From: the human T2T-CHM13v2.0 reference genome, Homo sapiens
DNA length: 64,000 nt
Assembly: GCF_009914755.1 (NCBI RefSeq)
Contig: NC_060928.1
Reading direction: 5' to 3' (one strand)
The notes beneath the pieces are model-generated. The model ran no database searches, had not been told where the DNA came from, and saw nothing but the letters and a program-made list of their open reading frames with translations. The position numbers were made by a program, and so were the translations under genes. This document shows positions 31,736 to 45,248 of this stretch, one piece after another. Within the stretch, counting starts at the first letter, position 1. Each line of letters starts with the position of its first letter.

Positions 31736-32087
31736 ACGTGTAATCTTTTTTTCTAATTTCTTAAGTTAGAAGTTGAAATCATTGATTTGAGGCCTTCCTT
31801 CTTTTTAAATACAGACATTTTACATTATACATATCCTTCTGAGATTGCTTTAGGTGAATCCTAGAACTTTGAATATGTTGTGTTTTCATTTTTATTCAAT
31901 TAAAAATATTTCAAGTGTCTCTTTTGATTTCCTCTTTTACCCATGGGTTCTTTATCAGTGCATTATTTAGTTTCCAAATATTTGGGGATTTTAAAAGACA
32001 CTTTTCCGTTATTGATTTCTAATTTCTATTTTAACTCTGTCATAGTCAGAGGGAATACTTTGTGTGTTTAATTTAAATTGAGTTTAA

Positions 32088-32389
32088 ATTTATTTATTTA
32101 TTTATTTAGAGACACATTCTCACTCTGTTGCCCAGGTTGGAGTGCAGGCACGATCACAGCTCACTGCAGCCTTGACTTTTTAGGCTCAGTTGATTCTCCC
32201 GTCTCAGTCTCCTTAGTAGCTGGGATTATAGGCCTGTGCCACCATGCCTGGCTAACTTTTGCATTTTTTTGTAGAGACAGGGTTTCACCATGTTGCCTAA
32301 GCTAGCCCCGAACTCCTGGACTCAACCAATCCACCTGCTTCAGTTGGTCAAAGTTCTGGGATTACAGACATGAGTCACCATGCCCAGCC
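32088..32389 (-). mobile_element. AluJ
   Basis: Antisense Alu; TSD agtttaaattt/agttaaaattt. Confidence 0.9.
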
Positions 32390-33887
32390 AAGTTAAAATT
32401 TATTGAGACTTGTTTTACAGCCAAGAATATGGACTACTTTGGTTAATATTTTATATGCACTTGAAGATAATGTGTTCTGTTGTTGTTAAGTAGGGTGTTC
32501 TCTAAATGTCAATTAGGCTAAGTTGGTTGATAGTATGGTTCAAGTAATAGCTATATTACTAATTTTCTGTTTACTTTTTCTATCAATTATTGAGATGGGG
32601 TGCTGAAATCTGACTATTATGGATTTCTCTATTTGTCCATTTGTCCTTTTAGTCCTGTCAGTTTTTGCTTAATGTGTTTTGAAACTCTGTGATTATGGGT
32701 CCATAAATGCTTAGAAATTTTGCGTCCTCTTAATGAATTTACTCCTTTATCATTATGAAATTACTCTATTTGTTCCTGGTAACATTCTTTGCTGAAATCT
32801 ACTTTGTCTGATGTTAATATAGCCATCCTAGTTTTCTTTGATTAGTATTAACATGGTGTATCTTTTCCTAATCTGTTACTTTTCACCCTGTTGTGTCTTC
32901 ATATTTAAATATTTTTTCATTTTGAGGGGGTTATTTTTCAGTTTTTTTTTTCCCTTTTTGTAGTGGCATATAGTTAGGTCTTATTTTTTTCCTTATTTGA
33001 TAATCACTCCCTTTTAACTAGTGTGTTAAATGTCATATATTTAAAAGCATTTGGCATTTAATTTGTTTATTGATATCATTGAGTTTAACTTGCTGCTTAT
33101 TTTGTATTAGTTCCATCTGTTTATAGATCCTTTTGCCTGGTTTTGGATTAAATGAGTATTTTTAATGATCCCATTTAACCGCTTTTGTTTACTTATTAGA
33201 TATCACTATGTATGTATATGTGTGCGAATGTGTGTGTGTGTGTGTTTTAGTGGTTGCTTTAGTTGTTTATATTATTTATCTTTCATAGATCAAAATTTAC
33301 CTTTGTAAGAATAGTATACCACTTTGTGTACAGCATAAAAGCCTTACAACAGTATACTTCTATTTCTTTTTGGTCTTTATGCTGTTGTTATTATACATTT
33401 GGCTTTTATATATGTTATTAATAACACACCACATTAATATCAGTTTTAATTGAAAGAGTTCATTCTTTTTAAAAAGAGATTTAAATCACAGGAGGAAAAC
33501 TTTTCCTGTTTATCTACATAGTTATAATTTTGAGTGCTCTTCCTTTCTTTGTGTAGCTTCAGACTTTACCTGATATTATTTTCTTTTTGTCCAAGGGACT
33601 TCCCTCAATATTTATTGTAGGGGAAGTCTGCTGTTGAGGGATTCTTTCAGCTTTTGTATGTTTAAAAGTATTTCGATTTTATCTTCATTTTTTGAAAGAT
33701 AGTTTTGCTGGGTATAGAATTCTAGGTTGACAGTTCCCTTTTTTCCCCTATACTCTAAAGATGTTGCTCCACTGTCTTGTGGCTTCATTATTTCTAACAG
33801 TCTGCTTATAATCCTTATCATGTTTCCTGTATATATGACATGTGCTCTTTGCTCTGGTTGCTTCCAATGTTTTGTATTTATCACTGT

Positions 33888-34214
33888 TATTTATTTATTT
33901 ATTTATATTATTTAAAAGTTTTTTGAGACAAAGTCTCGCTTTATTACCCAGACTGGAGTGCAGTGACAGGATCATGGCTCACTGCAGCATTGATCCTCTC
34001 ACTTCAGCCTCCTGAGTAGCTGGGATTATAGTCATGTGCCACTATTCCTGACCAATTTCAAAGCAGAAGAGAGAGGCAGAAGCAGTATAATCAAAGATAT
34101 GACAGTATCGCACTATGTTACCCAGGCTGCTCTCAAACTCCTGGGCTTAAGCAAACCATCCTCTTTGGCCTCTCAAAGTGCTGGGATTACAGGTGTGAGC
34201 CACTGCACCTGGCC
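33888..34214 (-). mobile_element. AluJ whose central linker is replaced by foreign sequence
   Basis: Antisense Alu arms; flanking tatcactg repeat. Confidence 0.85.
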
Positions 34215-35326
34215 TATCACTGGTTTTGAGCAAGTAAGTTTATGATGTTTCTTAGTCTTATTTTCTTCAGGATTTTTGTGCTTGTCCTGTGTTGAGCTTC
34301 TTGGATCTGTGAGTTTATGGTTTTAACCAACTTTGGAAGTTTCTGGCTATTCTTTCTTCAAATACTTTTTCTTCCCATTTTTCTATCTCCTCTGTTTCAT
34401 GATTCCAGTTATACATGTCTGCTTTTTGCGGGAGGAGGGTTCTTTTTGCTCTCCTTGTGTCAATTTAAATAGCTTCAGTTAAATCTTGAATTTAACAAAT
34501 TATTTCTTCTGCAGTATCAAATCTGTCCTTAATCCCATCCAGTGTATTTTTTATCTTAGAAGTATTTTTAACCCCTAGAAGTTCAATTTGGGCATTTTAA
34601 ATATCTCTTGTGTTGCTTCTTAATATGCTCAATCTTTCATCTACATTTTTGAATACATAAAACATAGTGAGAATAATTGTTTTTGATGCCCTTGTCTACT
34701 AATTCTACAACCCATGTCATTTCTGGGTCTGTTTCTATTGACTGCTCTTTCTCTTAGTGATATGTTATATTTTCCTACTTCTTTGCATGCCTGGTAACTG
34801 TTTGGTCGATGACAGGCACTGTAAATTTTACCTTGTTGGGTGCTAGATATTTTTGTATTTTGTTATATTTTTGTGCTTTCTTTTGGGATACAGGCAAGTT
34901 ACTTGAAAACAGTTTAATTATTTTGGTTATTTCTTTTAAGCTTGTGAGATGGGACCAGACCATCATTTAGTCTAGGACAAATTTCTCTCCACTACTGAAG
35001 TAATAGGTTTCTGATTTTTCTACTGGATGTTCCACAAATAGTAAGGTTTTCCACTCTGGCTGGAGGGAAGAGGAACTCTTCTTGTATTTAAGTAAGCTGC
35101 AGAGATTGTTCCCTCTAATCCTTCCTAGTGGTTCTTTCCCTAGTCTCAGGTATTTTTCTTTTATTCCCTACTTTTCCTTATTCCTCTTTTGTAATCTCCT
35201 TTGTGGATTCTACCTGCTTTAGCTTCCCTGGACTCTCAGCTCAATCACTTCCAGTCAAGGCGATCCCTGGGCTCCATGTGGGCTACTGCTTTCCCTGTCA
35301 CTTCATGAGAATTCTCTCCAGGCTGG

Positions 35327-36174
35327 GTGTGGTTGACAGGAAAATGGCTGCCTAAAGATTTCCATGCAGTGATGTGGTTTGTATTTGTGTCCCCACTCAA
35401 ATCTCATGTCACATTGGAGGAGGGGCTTGGTAGGAGGCAATTGGATCATTGGAGCAGATTTCCCCCTTGCTGTTCTCATGATAGTGAGTGAGTTCTTAGG
35501 AGATTTGAAGGTTTAAAAGTGTGTGGTACTTCCTCCTTCATGCTCTCTCTCTCTCCTGCCACCACATAAAGAAGGTGCTTGCTTCCCCTTTGCCTGCTGC
35601 CATGACTGTAAGTTTCCTGAGGACTCTTAGTCATGCTTCTGGTTAGGCCTACACAACTGTGAGTCAATTAAACCTCTTTTCATCATAAATTACCCAGTCT
35701 CAGGTAGTTCCTTATAGCAGTGTGAGGATGGGCTAATAGAGATGGCAAAGGGGAATTAAGGTTGCAGATGGAACTAAAGTTCTAATCAGTTAACCATAAA
35801 AAGAGAAGCTTATCCTAGTTTATTTTGGTGAGCCTTTGAATAATCACAAGGATTCTTCAAAGCAGAAGCGGGAGGCAGAAGCAGTATACTCAAAGATATG
35901 ACAATATAAGAAGAACTTGGTCCAACATTACTGACTGAAGATAGAGGTATAGGACCACAAGCCAAGAAATGTGGGCAGTCTCTAGAAACTGGAAAAGGCA
36001 AGAAATCTCCTCTACAGCATCTAGAAGGGAATGGAGTTCTGCCAACACCTTGGTTTTAGCCCAGTGTGGCCTATTTGCATTTCTGACCTCCTAAACTGTA
36101 AGATAACCAATTTTGTTGTTTATGCCATTAATATTGTGGTGATATGAGACACCAGCAATAGGAAACAATAATAC
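35327..36174 (+). mobile_element. MLT1E-like LTR interrupted by a THE1D-like LTR
   Basis: tgtggttgacaggaaaatggc...atggcaaagggg...ttctgacctcctaaactgtaagata. Confidence 0.7.
35370..35740 (+). mobile_element. THE1D-like solo LTR
   Basis: tgatgtggtttg...aaattacccagtctcaggtagttc. Confidence 0.85.
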
Positions 36175-36635
36175 ATGTTTGGTACCACAAATGTTGTGCT
36201 GCTACAAGAAATACCTCAAAATGTGGAAGTCACTTTGGAATTGGGCAATTGGTGGAGTTTGGAAGAATTTTCAGGAGCATGATAGATGAGGCCTAAATTG
36301 CCTTGAACCTACTCTCAGTAGAAATAGGGATCTTAAGAACTCTGCTGGTGAAGACTCAGGATCAAGTAAGGGGCACAGCAGGGAAAGCCTATATTGTCTT
36401 AGAGAATACCTAAATCATCATAAATAGGCTGTTGGTAGAAATATGGGTGCTGCTGGTGAAGACTCAAAATGAATTGAGAGGCGTGTTATTGGGAACTGGA
36501 GTAAAGTGAGTCCTAGTTACAGAGCAGCAGAAGACTTAGTGGAATTGTGACCAACCATTATTTGGAAAGCAGAACTTGTAGACTATGAAAGTGGACATTT
36601 AGCTGACAAAATTCCAATCAAAGAGATGAAAGTCT
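36175..36635 (+). mobile_element. MLT1-internal sequence
   Basis: ggtacc...aatacctcaaaatgtggaagtcactttggaattggg, similar to THE1-int start at 45627. Confidence 0.7.
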
Positions 36636-36639
36636 GGAC

Positions 36640-37000
36640 ATTACCCGCAACATATTCCCTCCTACCCCTTCCCAATTGATCCCTGCCCCCACATCTGTAA
36701 AGGTAACCTCTGTTTCTTCAACTATAGATTAGATTAGCTTGTTTTAGATCTTTATATAAATGGAATCACCTAATATGTACTCTTGTGTAAGGCTTCTTTC
36801 ACTCACATCATATTTTGGAGATTATCTGTGTTTGTGGGTGTATTGGCAGTTCATTTTTTTTCCAGAGTAGTATATCATTGTTTAAATACCACGGCTTGTT
36901 TACCTGCTTTCCTATGAATGGACTGTTTCCAGTTTGGGCTGTCATGAATAAAGCTGCTATAAACATTCATGAGCATATGTTTTCATTTTTATTATTTCAT
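36640..37000 (-). mobile_element. L1ME 3' fragment
   Basis: tttatataaatggaatca...tttccagtttggggct-like...aataaagctgctataaacattc. Confidence 0.6.
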
Positions 37001-37014
37001 CTTTAAGTTATGAT

Positions 37015-37370
37015 GTTAACTGGGAAACAGCAGGGCCTTGAGAATTGGAAATGGACACATGGGCAGATTCCAGTGACAATGAAAACTTTGAACTTCTAGA
37101 CTTTGCCAAGCCTCCTTTGCCAGCAGAAGCAGCACTCCTCCCCTGTCTGAGGAGGTTCACCTCCTGTTGCTTGCAACTCTAGTGAGATTCACTGAGGTTG
37201 TTGCTGATGGGGGGACTGCCAACCCTCCTCAAGACCTCCTGCAAAAACACTTCATTACACCTAAGCCAATAACAACCCTCAAATTCTGGCATTATCCAGT
37301 GGGCTGGGGCAAAGTGTGACCAGGGAGAAAGAATCACACATAACAAGACAAAGTCCAGGATGCTTTCAAT
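37015..37370 (+). mobile_element. ERVL-type (HERV16-like) internal gag remnant
   Basis: gaaaactttgaacttctagac...cctttgccagcagaagcagc...cctgtctgaggag resembles ERVL gag. Confidence 0.4.
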
Positions 37371-37542
37371 GTATGTAAGAGACTTAAAACACATCACATT
37401 ATTTTTTCACATTAAGGAATCAGTATAAATTTGGTATTAAGATAATTTGATATTTTAGAGTGGTAGTCTTTTGACTCCAATTAAATATACAGTTCAATAA
37501 TTGATTTATATTTGTGATTTTAAGCGGAAATCTTACTAAGCT

Positions 37543-37747
37543 TATATATATAATATAAAATATATATCTTATATAGATATAAGATATATATCTTATATAG
37601 ATATAAGATATATATCTTATATAGATATAAGATATAGATCTTATATCTGTAAGATGTAGATCTCATATCCTGTAGATGTCATATCTATGATATAAGATAT
37701 AGATCTCCTATCTTATATATCGTATATCTATATCTCATATATATATA
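37543..37747. repeat. AT-rich palindromic tandem repeat (24-bp unit x3 plus degenerate copies)
   Basis: TATATCTTATATAGATATAAGATA at 37563, 37587 and 37611. Confidence 0.9.
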
Positions 37748-37984
37748 CTTCATTATTTATGTAAGTTTATCTGATGTATAAGAATTACTTCAGTATTGGG
37801 AAGAGTTGTCAGATCATTGAGATATTTAAAATCAAATTGAGTGTAAGCAATTTATAAATGTAATTTAAAGTTTTGAAGATGTTTAATTATTTGATTTGGT
37901 TAGTGGGATCCAGCATTATTTTTGGATCCTTTATAAGTGATTATTTGCTGGGCATAGAACCAGCTTTTAAAACACTAATAGAAA

Positions 37985-38405
37985 GTGATAGTGGCTCATC
38001 AAAATCCGTGTCTTTTGCTCCTTGGTGGACACTATGTTTCCCCATCTCGTGGCAGTGAAAGTAGCCAAGTAACTAAGTTCTAGCCAAATGGAATTGAGCA
38101 GAAGTGATGTGTGCCATTTTCCTTCTTGGCTGACGAAAACCTCTCACGGGCCTTCCTCCCTCCTATTGTCTGGAATGGAGATGATGAAGGCAACTTTGCA
38201 AGCAACTAGTTGGAGGGGGCAAAGCCTTGGTCAGCTTGGGTCCCTGAGTGGCTTCATCAAATAAGGGATATTCCCACATCCATTTTTCACTTGTGCTATT
38301 CTGTCACCACTGTGGCTGTTACATAAGCAAGAAATACACTTCTATTGTGTTGGGCTACTCCATGTTTAAGACTATTGGTTACCTAGCCTTCCCTGATGAA
38401 TACAT
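37985..38405. mobile_element. Old MLT1 LTR
   Basis: actaagttctagccaaatggaattgagcagaagtgatgtgtgcca. Confidence 0.6.
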
Positions 38406-38445
38406 TAACAGAATACCAAAGCCTAAGAGACAATTAGGTGTTGGT

Positions 38446-38598
38446 GAGCCAGGCACTGTGGCACATGCCTATAGACTGAGGCAGAAGGATCCCTTGAACC
38501 CAGGAGTTCAAGGCTGTAGTGTACTATGAATGCACCTGTGAATAGCCACTGCACTCCAGTCTGGGCAATACAGCAGAACCCTATCTGCCTAAAAAAAA
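38446..38598 (+). mobile_element. FAM (fossil Alu monomer)
   Basis: cctgtgaatagccactgcactccag diagnostic; TSD attaggtgtt/attgggtgtt. Confidence 0.8.
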
Positions 38599-39029
38599 GA
38601 TTGGGTGTTAAGAGTTTGTAACTTTGTAAAAAGCAAAGCAAACTTCTGCCCAGACTTTTCTTGGCACAAGAATTACCTTTTGCAAAGCTTCACATTGGTG
38701 GTGATTTTTCACTTGGGGGCTCATACCTAACAGAGCTGTTGGGGACCGTCACTTTTTCCTTCTTCTCTAGTCTCACTTCTGATTTTCTCCCATGACAGAT
38801 CTAAACCCTGCTGTAAGGGAGTTCACAGATCAAGAATAACGTTGAGGAGAATGTTAAAATAAAATATCTTTCAATTTTTAAAGGTAATATGCACTCAAAA
38901 CATTTGGAAAACATAGAAAAGTCAGAAAAGTATCATAGAAAGTCAACCACTGACAATATTCTAGTACTCAGTATTTCAAGTTATTTTTTGTTTTACATAG
39001 TGATATCATATTATATACAAAAGATTATT

Positions 39030-40060
<1,031 letters not shown>

Positions 40061-42699
40061 ATCTTGGCTGGGAGCCCATGTGCCTCTGCAGATGACCCTA
40101 CAAGTGCCATCTCATCTATCAGATAAATCATTTCTGTGTATGTCTGTATGCATGCACATATATTTATTTTGCTAACTGACACTACCCTCAGCAATGCTGT
40201 CTGTAAAGACATCTCTGGACCTGGAGTTATCCTGTTCCCTTGGGATAACACATTAGAACGGGGAGAATATAGGGGAAAGGCTGTGCTCATTTTAAGTTTC
40301 CTGAGATGTATCGGCGAATAGCTTTTCAAAATGTTGAGCCACATCCCAAGGGAGCCAGACAGTGTGGCAATCATGAGTGTGCTGTGAAGACCTCCAAGAG
40401 AGGGAGCTATGGACCAAGGGCCCCAGCAGCTGCTCTCTGAGGGTCTGGGAGAAACTGAAGTTCCCTGACAGTGACTTTGGTTTGAAGACACGACAGTGGC
40501 TTTGCTCAACCCTCTCTAGGCTGCACCTCTAGGGCACTTCCACCAACCTCCCTTCCCTCTCTCCTTCATGGGGGCACCTGGCCATGTAGTTCCCCAGCCT
40601 TCCCTGTGTCCTCTTGCAGGTATTTCCCCTAACAAAAGAGGAAGGTGTTTCCCCTTTGCACATTTCATCCCACCTCAGTATCTGCTTCTTAGAGTATCCG
40701 GACTGACACATAGGGAGGAGTGGGCAGAATAGCAGCTCAGAATCTGAACTCCTGAGTCCCAGGCCCAGCTCTGCTCCTCCCTAGCTGTGGGAACATGGCC
40801 AATTGACCTTCCCTCTGAGTTCTTCTCAGTTCCTGCCTCTAAAGGATAGGGATTCATGATACACATTTGACAATGTCACTGTGAAAACAGTGAAACTCTG
40901 AATGTGCAATGCACACATGGCCACCTTTTTGTTCCTTTCACATTTCATAGAAAATCTGGCCTGTTTAAACATGTACAAAAGTATACATGGCACAGAGGCA
41001 CCCATGTGCCCAAGATTGAGTGTGAACCTGAGCTGTCATTGCAGGCACCTCCTGATGGGAAACTGTAGAATGTCGCTTTCCAAGTGTCAACCTTGGCCCA
41101 TGCTTTAGTGACTCATGGGAACTCAGGCCAGACCCCGCCCTGGGCGCCTCATCTGCGTGAGTCAGGAACACAGATCTTAGCCCATGGCCTTTGGCTCATA
41201 TCTGGACAGCTGACCTAGGGTGGGGTTTCTAGGAGAGATTGTTTGGAAGACAAGTCCACATGGCGAGAAGATTCGGCAAGTCCCTGACATCTGAACGAGC
41301 ACCGCCAGGCTAACAGAATTTGTACTGGAGGTAGGGCAGGGACCTATCCTGAAGAATTATTCCAATGACTCTAAATCTCAGGCTGGGAGGCTTTTAGCAA
41401 GTCACTCTGAAGCTCGAGTTTTAAGTCTGTGGCCAGAGACTTATTCACTGCTGCTTGTTCTCCATTGGTCATCTTTTTATATTTAAGACATCCTGGGTTT
41501 GACCTCCAGCTTAAGAGAGAAAAGTCATGAATGAAGAAAGTCCTTAGGGCACTTGATTTTCCTCTTCATATTTGGTAAATATTGGGGATAAGAGATAATT
41601 AGTATAATAATGCTCATAGTCAGAAGGCAGTAGCATTTGCTGGGATTACGATGAACCAGAGCTCTCAGCCCATTCAATTCTCACCAGTCTTGTGAGGCAG
41701 ATGCTCCATTGCCCTCATATTACAGATGAGGAAACTGAGGCTTAGAGAGGGGAAGCAAACAGACCCAAGTGTCAAGGTGAACTTTCATGAATCCCTGTAA
41801 CTGGACCTTGAGGTGCTTCTTGGTTTCCTTCCCTGGGGCTTTAGGCTTCCTGCTGGGACTGAGGGTGGCTGTGAAATGTTCCAGAGAGAAATCTTGGATC
41901 CTACTGAGGATAAGCCTTTCTTTTATTTTGCTCTTGATTTAAAATGTTCAAACACAAAAACAATTACTGAGGGCAACATAACAAAGACCCATGCTCCACA
42001 ACCAGGATTTCTTAATGTTAATATTTTCTCCTATTTGCTCAAATTTTTATTTTCAAAAGAAATTAAGCACTGCAGACATAGCTGGAGTCCCATCTCTGCC
42101 CTCCTCTGGGCCCAGTCTCTCTGTAGTATCTCAGAGACAACTATTTTCTGAATATGAGGGTGACTTTCCTATCCAGGTTCTCATGTTTTTACATGTATGC
42201 ATATGTTCATAAAGAATACTGCATATAATGCTGTTTTCTGGGCTTCAAATTTTACAGATGTTTCTTACAGGACATATTTTTGCACAGCTTATCTTTTTTC
42301 CTACTTGATCTTCTTCTCACTCTCTAACCTTGCTGATCCAAACAGATCTGGCTAGTGTATTTTAACTATTATATGGCAATCAGTCATATAACTATACTAC
42401 CACTGATCTTTCAATTTCCATATTGATTGGTGTATATGTTGCTGTCAATTCTTTGACATTATAAACAGCACTGAAAGGAACATCCTTATTTGCATTTTCT
42501 TGTGCAAAAGTTCTTCTAGCATATAGACCAAGGACTGTACCTGTTGAGTCATAGAGAATACACATTTTCCTTTCTCCATCTCTCCCTCTCCTGTTGTTTC
42601 TTCTTTCATTAGTGCACAGAACTAAACTATTTATCATTCTTGATTCAACAAACTCTCATTAGTGGTCTATGCATGGCTCACTTGTTTGTTTGTTCTTTC

Positions 42700-42782
42700 T
42701 ATCTATCTATCTATCTATCTATCTACCTACCTATCTCTCTCTCTCATCTCTCTATCTTTCTATGTATGTATCTATCCATCTA
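42700..42782. repeat. (TCTA)n-type STR
   Basis: Seen directly. Confidence 0.85.
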
Positions 42783-44032
42783 CGTCCAAATGTATCCCCC
42801 AAATTTTATATGTTGAAACTTAATCTCAGCGTGATAGTAGTAAGAGGTGAGACAGTTAGGGGGTGATTAAGTCACGTGGGTGAAAGCTTTATGGGTGGAA
42901 TTAAGGCTTTGTTAATATGGGAATAAACAAACTCAGTTTCTCTTAATAAATTCTCACAGCATGTTTCTGTCATCAGATATGTGGGGATTTTCCTTCCACA
43001 CATCAAAAAAGCAGTCAGTTCTGTAGTGGACACCAGCAAGGTGTCCTGTAATTCAGTTCAATTCTGACATAGTCTACCTGGAAACAGTGTCAGGTCCCAC
43101 AGGTTGAGGGCTCAGTCCCACAAAGCTGCCCCCCAACTTCAGATGCCAATCACAAGCTCCAGATTGTCTTATCTGTGCTTCTGACCCACTGGCTATAAAT
43201 TGGGATTCCCAAGACCCTGTCTTTGGGTTGGATTAATTTGCTAGAGTGGCTCAAATATCTCAGGGAGATACCTACTTACATTTACTGGTTTGCTATAAAG
43301 GATATTACAAAGGATACACGTGAAGAGATGCATAGGCTGAGATACGGGGAAAGGGGCCCAGAGCTTCCATGCCCTGTCCAGGCGCATCACCCTCCAGGAA
43401 CCTCTATGTGTTCAACTATCCTGAAGCTCTCCAAACTCAGTCCTTTTGGATTTTTATGGAAGCTTCATTATATAGGCATGATTGATTAGATCATTAGCCA
43501 TTGGTGATTAAGATAACTTTTAGCCCCTCTGTCCTTTCTGGAGGTTGGGGTTGGGGGGCTGAAAGATCCAATCTTCCAATCCTGCCTTGGTCTTTCCAAC
43601 CCCCATCCTGAAGCTACCTAGGGGCTGCCGCCATCAGTCAACTCATTAGTATACAAAAAGGCACATCACTTTGAAGATTCTAAGGATTTTATGAGTTGGA
43701 TGCCAGGACACTGGGATGAAGACCAAGACCAAATACATATTTTACAACATCACAAGGGGCCTTATAAAAGGGCTTGAGAGCATGGGCTCATTTCCTTACA
43801 TCTCTTCTGCCATGTGAGGACAGCATCTATCCCTTTTACCCTTCCACCCTGTGTGGACACAGCAACAGGGCACCATCTTGGAAGCAGGGAATAGACTCTG
43901 AGCAGACGCTGAATCTACCAGCACCTTGATCTTGGATTTCCCAGCCTCCAGACCTGTGAGAATACATTTCTATTGTTTATAAATTACCCAGTCTCAGGTA
44001 TTTTGTTATAGCAGAACAAACAAACTAAGACA
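42783..44032 (+). mobile_element. MSTD/MLT1A-like LTR split by a MER21-family LTR
   Basis: cccccaaattttatatgttgaaac... and cttggatttcccagcctccaga...actaagaca. Confidence 0.75.
42910..43754 (-). mobile_element. MER21-family ERV LTR
   Basis: aattcagttcaattctgaca...cccacaggttgagggctcagtcccacaa...catcaca. Confidence 0.75.
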
Positions 44033-45168
44033 CTATCATCTATCTTTTAATTATTTTTAATAGCATAATAAGAAATTTGAAATCCATTACTAAAACAAAA
44101 TCTAACCTATATCTAATATGTTTCTGTCTCCTCCCACCTGAAACATCTAGCCAGCCAGAGACAGAGGGACTTCATGGTTTTCTTTTTGGTGCTTTTAGGC
44201 ATCACAAGGCATCTGAGGGTGGCTATAATATAGTTGTTAGATGGCTCTGTGGGTACAGCTATATATTTTTGGTACAAAGCCTTTGTCAGTGATATTTCAA
44301 CTAAATATTTCAACTTCTCCAAACCGTGTGCATTTTTCATTTTACTGAATATTGCCAGTCACTCTCAAGTCACTGCATAGGCATACCTTTCTGGAATTGT
44401 GCAGAAGTTCCCACCTGCAAACATTCCATCCACACCACTGTTATCAGGCTTAATATTGTTTGCCAGTCTGGTGACAGTAGTATGGTGTTGTCTTTGCTTG
44501 ATCTTGTGGTTTTATGATTCCTAGAAAGAACGAGCATCTTTTTATATGTTTATACACCACTTGGACTTTCTGTTATGTGAATTGTCTCTCATGTATTTTG
44601 TCCATTTATTTTCTATTATGCTGTTTGTCTTTTTCTCAAGGGTTTAAAAGCATTTTAATTTGTTCCTATTCTAAAGGTTGCTAATATGTTCTCTCAAGCT
44701 GTCTTTTACGTTTTTGTGGTGCTTTTTGTCTTACATGCATTAAATTTCCATGTAGTCACAGTTATTCATATGCTTGTGATTAGTGTTTTTTACTGTTACA
44801 AAATACACATCACATAAAACTTACCATTTTAAACGTTTTAAAGTCTATAGTTCTGTGCCATTAAGTATATTCACGTTGCTGTGTAACCATCACCACCATC
44901 CATCTCCAGAACTTTTTCATCCTCCCCAGTTGAAACTCTTTCTCCATTAAATGCTAACTCCCCATTCCCCTTCCCCTATCCCCTGGTACTCACCATTCTA
45001 CTTTTTGTCTCTATGAACTGACTATTTTAGGTACCTCATTTAAAAGTGGAATTATAAAATATTTATCCTTTTTAATTGGCTTATTTAACTGAGCATAAGG
45101 TCTTCACAGTTCATTTATGTTGTAGCATATACCAAAATTTTTCTTCTTTTTAAGGCTGAGTAACCTTT

Positions 45169-45171
<3 letters not shown>

Positions 45172-45210
<39 letters not shown>
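45172..45210. repeat. (TG)n microsatellite
   Basis: Seen directly. Confidence 0.95.
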
Positions 45211-45212
<2 letters not shown>

Positions 45213-45248
45213 CACATTTTGCTTATCCCTCATCCATTAATAGATAGT

